Shown here: piece by piece, positions 60,673 through 64,000 of the stretch
How positions within the stretch are numbered: the first letter of the stretch is position 1
Layout: the number at the start of each line of letters is the position of its first letter
Assembly (NCBI GenBank): GCA_046485075.1
Contig: JAWOHR010000063.1
Coordinates: 1,521-65,520, forward strand
DNA: 64,000 bases
Direction of reading: 5' to 3'
Source of the DNA: Bacteroidales bacterium
Lineage (GTDB): Bacteria > Bacteroidota > Bacteroidia > Bacteroidales > GCA-2748055
Notes under the pieces: generated by a model
Seen by the model: the letters and a program-made list of their open reading frames with translations, nothing else
Told to the model about the DNA's origin: nothing
The model's database searches: none
Program-made: the position numbers and the translations under genes

Positions 60673-62985
60673 ATGAGAAATCGTCTCACCCCCCTGTTTT
60701 TATCCCTGGTATTTGCCCTTTCAGCTTCCTTAACCGGACAGACAAAACTGGGGCAGTGGAGAACACATCTTCCATATAATTACTGCAACCTGGTTGAGGT
60801 AACGAACCAGAAGGTTTTTGGTTCTTCCACCGGGGGCCTGTTCACCTATAACCTGGAGGACAACTCGGTCGAGTTGCTGTCGAAAATTGAGGGCCTTTCG
60901 GATAACGGAATTTCAGCCATGCGCTGGAGTGATGAGTTACAGACTTTGATCCTGGCATATCAGAGTTCAAACATAGATATCATCCGCGATGGGAAGATCG
61001 TGAACATGCCCGATATCATGAATAAGCAGATTCCGGGGGACAAATCCATCTATGATCTGTTTTATTATGGCCAGGATGCATACCTCTCAACCGGATTTGG
61101 AATTGTGGTGATTAACCTGGAAAAGGATGAAATTCGGGATACCTACTACATCGGGGATAATGGAGAGGCACTAAGGGTGAACCAGGTTACGATCGACGGC
61201 AGCTATATTTATGCTGCAACCGATCAGGGAGTCAGGCGGGGATTGCTGGATGATCCCCTTCTGATTGATTTTAATGCATGGGAGACCCTGACTGATATTC
61301 CAAATTCCGGTGGTGCATTTTCGGCAATAGCCTATTTTTCAAATGCAGTTTTTGCTTCCTTTCAGGATCCTGCAGGAAATCAGGATGAGGTCTATTACTA
61401 TGCGGGATCTGGGTGGAATCAATATCCCTATTTCAGTGGGAAAAAGTGCAGGGAAATTCTGAACCAGGGTGATTTCTTAACCCTTGTGGATGAATCGATT
61501 GTGAACCAGGTGAGCAAAGATTACCTGGTTGTGAAACAGCTGGATACCGGATCTCCAAGGTCTGCCTCTCTCGATCCCGCGGGAAATATCTGGGTTGCTG
61601 ATTACGGGAGCGGACTGGTCACCCGGCAGGATGGTGAACTCCGGATGATCATCCCAAACGGTCCTTTCTCCACCAGCGTTTTCTCCATGGCTTCTTCAGG
61701 CAATATTCTGTATGCTGCACTTGGGGGCGTAACAGGGTCGTGGAACAACCAGTTCAATCTTGCCACACTTGAGGTTTTCGGAGAAAGTAACTGGACCTAT
61801 GCGCAAAATAAAGAGAGTCGCGACCTGCTTAACATAGCCATCGACCCCGCTGATGCCACACATGTTTACGCCGGGTCCTGGGGCTATGGTGTTCATGAAT
61901 ATCGAAATGGAGAGGAGGTTGCGGTTCACAATGCTTCCAACAGCTCTTTGCAGAGTATCATCCCCGGAGGTGATTTTGTCAGGATTGGCGGGTTGGCTTT
62001 TGATCCGGGTGGAAATCTATGGATCACCAATTCCAATGTGGCTGAGCCCATTACGGTGTTAAAGAGTAACGGAACCTGGAAGAGTTTCAAGGCTGGTAAT
62101 AAACTCACCGATTTTAGCGCGCTCGGAACGATCCTGGTCACCAGGACGGGACATAAATGGGGGATTATTCCCAAGGCAAACGGACTCTTTGCAATGGATG
62201 ATAACGGTACCATTGACGATGTTTCGGATGACACTTATGAACGTGTAAGTATCCTGGATAAATATGGTAAGATAATTACGAACGACGTTCGTTCGATGGC
62301 TGAGGACCATAACGGGAACCTCTGGTTGGGAACCAACCAGGGTATTCTCGTGATATACAGTCCTTACCGTCTCTTTACCGAGGGGTCGGTTTATGCCCAG
62401 CAAATCATTGTCCCCCGTGACGAACCTCCCGGAGAGGATGGGACGATTCCGGGAGATGTGCTCCTGGGGGAACAGGTGGTTACAGCCATCGAGGTGGACG
62501 GGGCAAACCGAAAATGGCTGGGAACCTCAGGTGGAGGGGCATACCTGGTGTCTGAGGATGGCCTCACGCAGGTGCTTCAGTTCAACAAATTTAACAGCCC
62601 CCTGCTCTCGGACAACATGATCGACATCTGCGTGGACGGTGTGTCGGGCGAGGTGTTTTTTGGCACCGATAAGGGGATCATCTCCTACACCGGCGATGCA
62701 ATGGCCGGGAGCCCGGTTTACAGCGACGTGGTGGTTTATCCAAATCCTGTACGTGAAACTTATGAGGGTCCCATAGCCATCAAGGGGCTTGTGGCCGGGA
62801 CCAATGTGAAGATCCAGGACATGGGTGGCAATCTTGTATATGAAACTGAATCGCTTGGAGGACAGGCTACATGGGATGGTACCAATTTCAAGGGTGAACG
62901 GGTGGCTACCGGTGTCTACCTGATTTTTCTGTCCAGTTCCGATGGCACACTTACCCATGTGACGAAACTGCTCTTTATCCATTAG
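60673..62985 (+). CDS. porZ: PorZ-like T9SS component: double beta-propeller protein with a T9SS-type C-terminal domain
   Basis: 770 aa with a signal peptide. Two-component-regulator-propeller-type repeats run throughout (NLWLGTNQGILV, RKWLGTSGGGAYLV). The C-terminus VVVYPNPVRETYEGPIAIKGL...GVYLIFLSS...KLLFIH is a T9SS CTD. Size and layout match P. gingivalis PorZ as I remember it. The gene symbol is tentative. Confidence 0.6.
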   Translation: MRNRLTPLFLSLVFALSASLTGQTKLGQWRTHLPYNYCNLVEVTNQKVFGSSTGGLFTYNLEDNSVELLSKIEGLSDNGISAMRWSDELQTLILAYQSSNIDIIRDGKIVNMPDIMNKQIPGDKSIYDLFYYGQDAYLSTGFGIVVINLEKDEIRDTYYIGDNGEALRVNQVTIDGSYIYAATDQGVRRGLLDDPLLIDFNAWETLTDIPNSGGAFSAIAYFSNAVFASFQDPAGNQDEVYYYAGSGWNQYPYFSGKKCREILNQGDFLTLVDESIVNQVSKDYLVVKQLDTGSPRSASLDPAGNIWVADYGSGLVTRQDGELRMIIPNGPFSTSVFSMASSGNILYAALGGVTGSWNNQFNLATLEVFGESNWTYAQNKESRDLLNIAIDPADATHVYAGSWGYGVHEYRNGEEVAVHNASNSSLQSIIPGGDFVRIGGLAFDPGGNLWITNSNVAEPITVLKSNGTWKSFKAGNKLTDFSALGTILVTRTGHKWGIIPKANGLFAMDDNGTIDDVSDDTYERVSILDKYGKIITNDVRSMAEDHNGNLWLGTNQGILVIYSPYRLFTEGSVYAQQIIVPRDEPPGEDGTIPGDVLLGEQVVTAIEVDGANRKWLGTSGGGAYLVSEDGLTQVLQFNKFNSPLLSDNMIDICVDGVSGEVFFGTDKGIISYTGDAMAGSPVYSDVVVYPNPVRETYEGPIAIKGLVAGTNVKIQDMGGNLVYETESLGGQATWDGTNFKGERVATGVYLIFLSSSDGTLTHVTKLLFIH

Positions 62986-62987
62986 TC

Positions 62988-63719
62988 ATGATCCGGAAGA
63001 CCAGGGGCATTGTTCTGCATACCACCCGGTATGGCGAATCGAGCCTTGTGGTACATTGTTACACCGAGCAGTACGGAAGACAGACCTACATGGCAAAAGG
63101 GGTGCGAAAGTCAAGAAGGAATAATCGTTCCAACCTTTTTCAGCCTCTCTTTATTCTAGACTTTGAAGTCTATTACAAAGAGTCCAGGGATATGCACCTG
63201 GTGAAAGAGGTGACCCGGGCCATTCCCATCCAATCTATCCCGTACGATATTACCAAAAGTACCCAGGCAATTTTCATGGCCGAGGTGCTTTACAGGGTGG
63301 TCAGAGAAGAGGAGCCCAATCCCATGCTTTCCCACTTCTTAATGAATTCCATCAGCTACCTTGATGCACTGGAAGATCCCATGCCCGATTTCCACATTAT
63401 TTTTTTGTTTCACCTTTCCCGCCACCTCGGATTTTATCCACAAAACAATTTTGACGGTGTCAACCGGTTTTTCGACCTGGGGAGCGGTCGTTTTAAGCCC
63501 CTCTTTACCGATTCGGACCAACAGTTGGATGAAGAGACCAGCATACTGTGGAGCAGCTACTTAGGATATGATTACAGGGAAACCGGAATTTCCAGGTTTA
63601 ACAGTTTTCAGCGAAAAAAGGTGCTGGATCAGCAGGTCAGATATTACCGGAATCACGTGGAAGGATTAGGGGAGATCCGTTCACTCGATGTGCTTCATGC
63701 ATTTTTCCTTAGTTTCTAG
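62988..63719 (+). CDS. recO: DNA repair protein RecO
   Basis: 243 aa. The start TRGIVLHTTRYGESSLVVHCYTEQYGRQTY is a typical RecO OB-fold start. The gene begins 3 bp after the preceding gene. Confidence 0.85.
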   Translation: MIRKTRGIVLHTTRYGESSLVVHCYTEQYGRQTYMAKGVRKSRRNNRSNLFQPLFILDFEVYYKESRDMHLVKEVTRAIPIQSIPYDITKSTQAIFMAEVLYRVVREEEPNPMLSHFLMNSISYLDALEDPMPDFHIIFLFHLSRHLGFYPQNNFDGVNRFFDLGSGRFKPLFTDSDQQLDEETSILWSSYLGYDYRETGISRFNSFQRKKVLDQQVRYYRNHVEGLGEIRSLDVLHAFFLSF

Positions 63720-64000
63720 TAGGTAAATCCCGTTTAAATTAGCTAGATTCGGGTAACATACACCATTATAATGCGTATAAGCAACGAAACTCACTGGTTA
63801 TGAGTCTTGGAATTAGGATGTAACGTGAAGTATTTACCTGATCCGGGTACCCCGGGGTGCCTGGTATAACCTTTTGCAGCAGGTGTTTACCACCAGAACA
63901 GGGATTCGAAATAACAATTTTGAAACGCTGTCAGTCCAACCTGGCCCGGGACGGTTATATCCTTCCTCCAGCCCTGCTTTCCCCCGCTATTTAAAACCGG

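Noticed and set aside
63887-64000. A minus-strand open frame entering from the window edge (...GWRKDITVPGQVGLTAFQNCYFESLFWW*), possibly the C-terminus of a beta-sandwich protein.
   Set aside because: Only 37 codons are visible and no secure motif is present. It is too short to support a feature call.

Overview
This is a Bacteroidota-type chromosomal segment. It carries a T9SS-sorted cargo protein, a PorZ-like gene, TAnnTTTG-type promoter boxes and little Shine-Dalgarno usage. About 55 densely packed genes fill most of the window, and most are recognisable housekeeping or metabolic functions: acs, tyrS, efp, tsaB, queA, truB, uppP, ftsX, ilvE, rdgB, recO, several peptidases, a molybdenum hydroxylase cluster, lipid and envelope genes, and three tRNAs (Arg-CCT, Gln-TTG, Asn-GTT). 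I found no rRNA, CRISPR array, transposase or integrase. The only clearly accessory stretch is a roughly 2 kb AT-richer islet (about 4.3-6.3 kb) on the 3' side of tRNA-Arg. It holds an MNT-HEPN toxin-antitoxin pair with a frame discontinuity at the HEPN start, two gene remnants, a pair of 51-bp direct repeats, and a 17-unit, strictly phased 21-bp tandem array. I did not find a complete multi-gene novel system that I can defend from sequence alone. The best leads are: (1) the 21-bp array and the decayed islet; (2) an orphan 221-aa beta-rich protein (24668-25333) whose sequence pattern resembles bacterial gasdermin pore-forming domains, with no adjacent protease and no C-terminal extension; (3) a giant sensor adenylate/guanylate cyclase with an apparently degenerate HD-like C-terminal domain, divergent from a tandem USP gene. 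All family calls come from motifs read by eye and from memory of family signatures. No database search was run.
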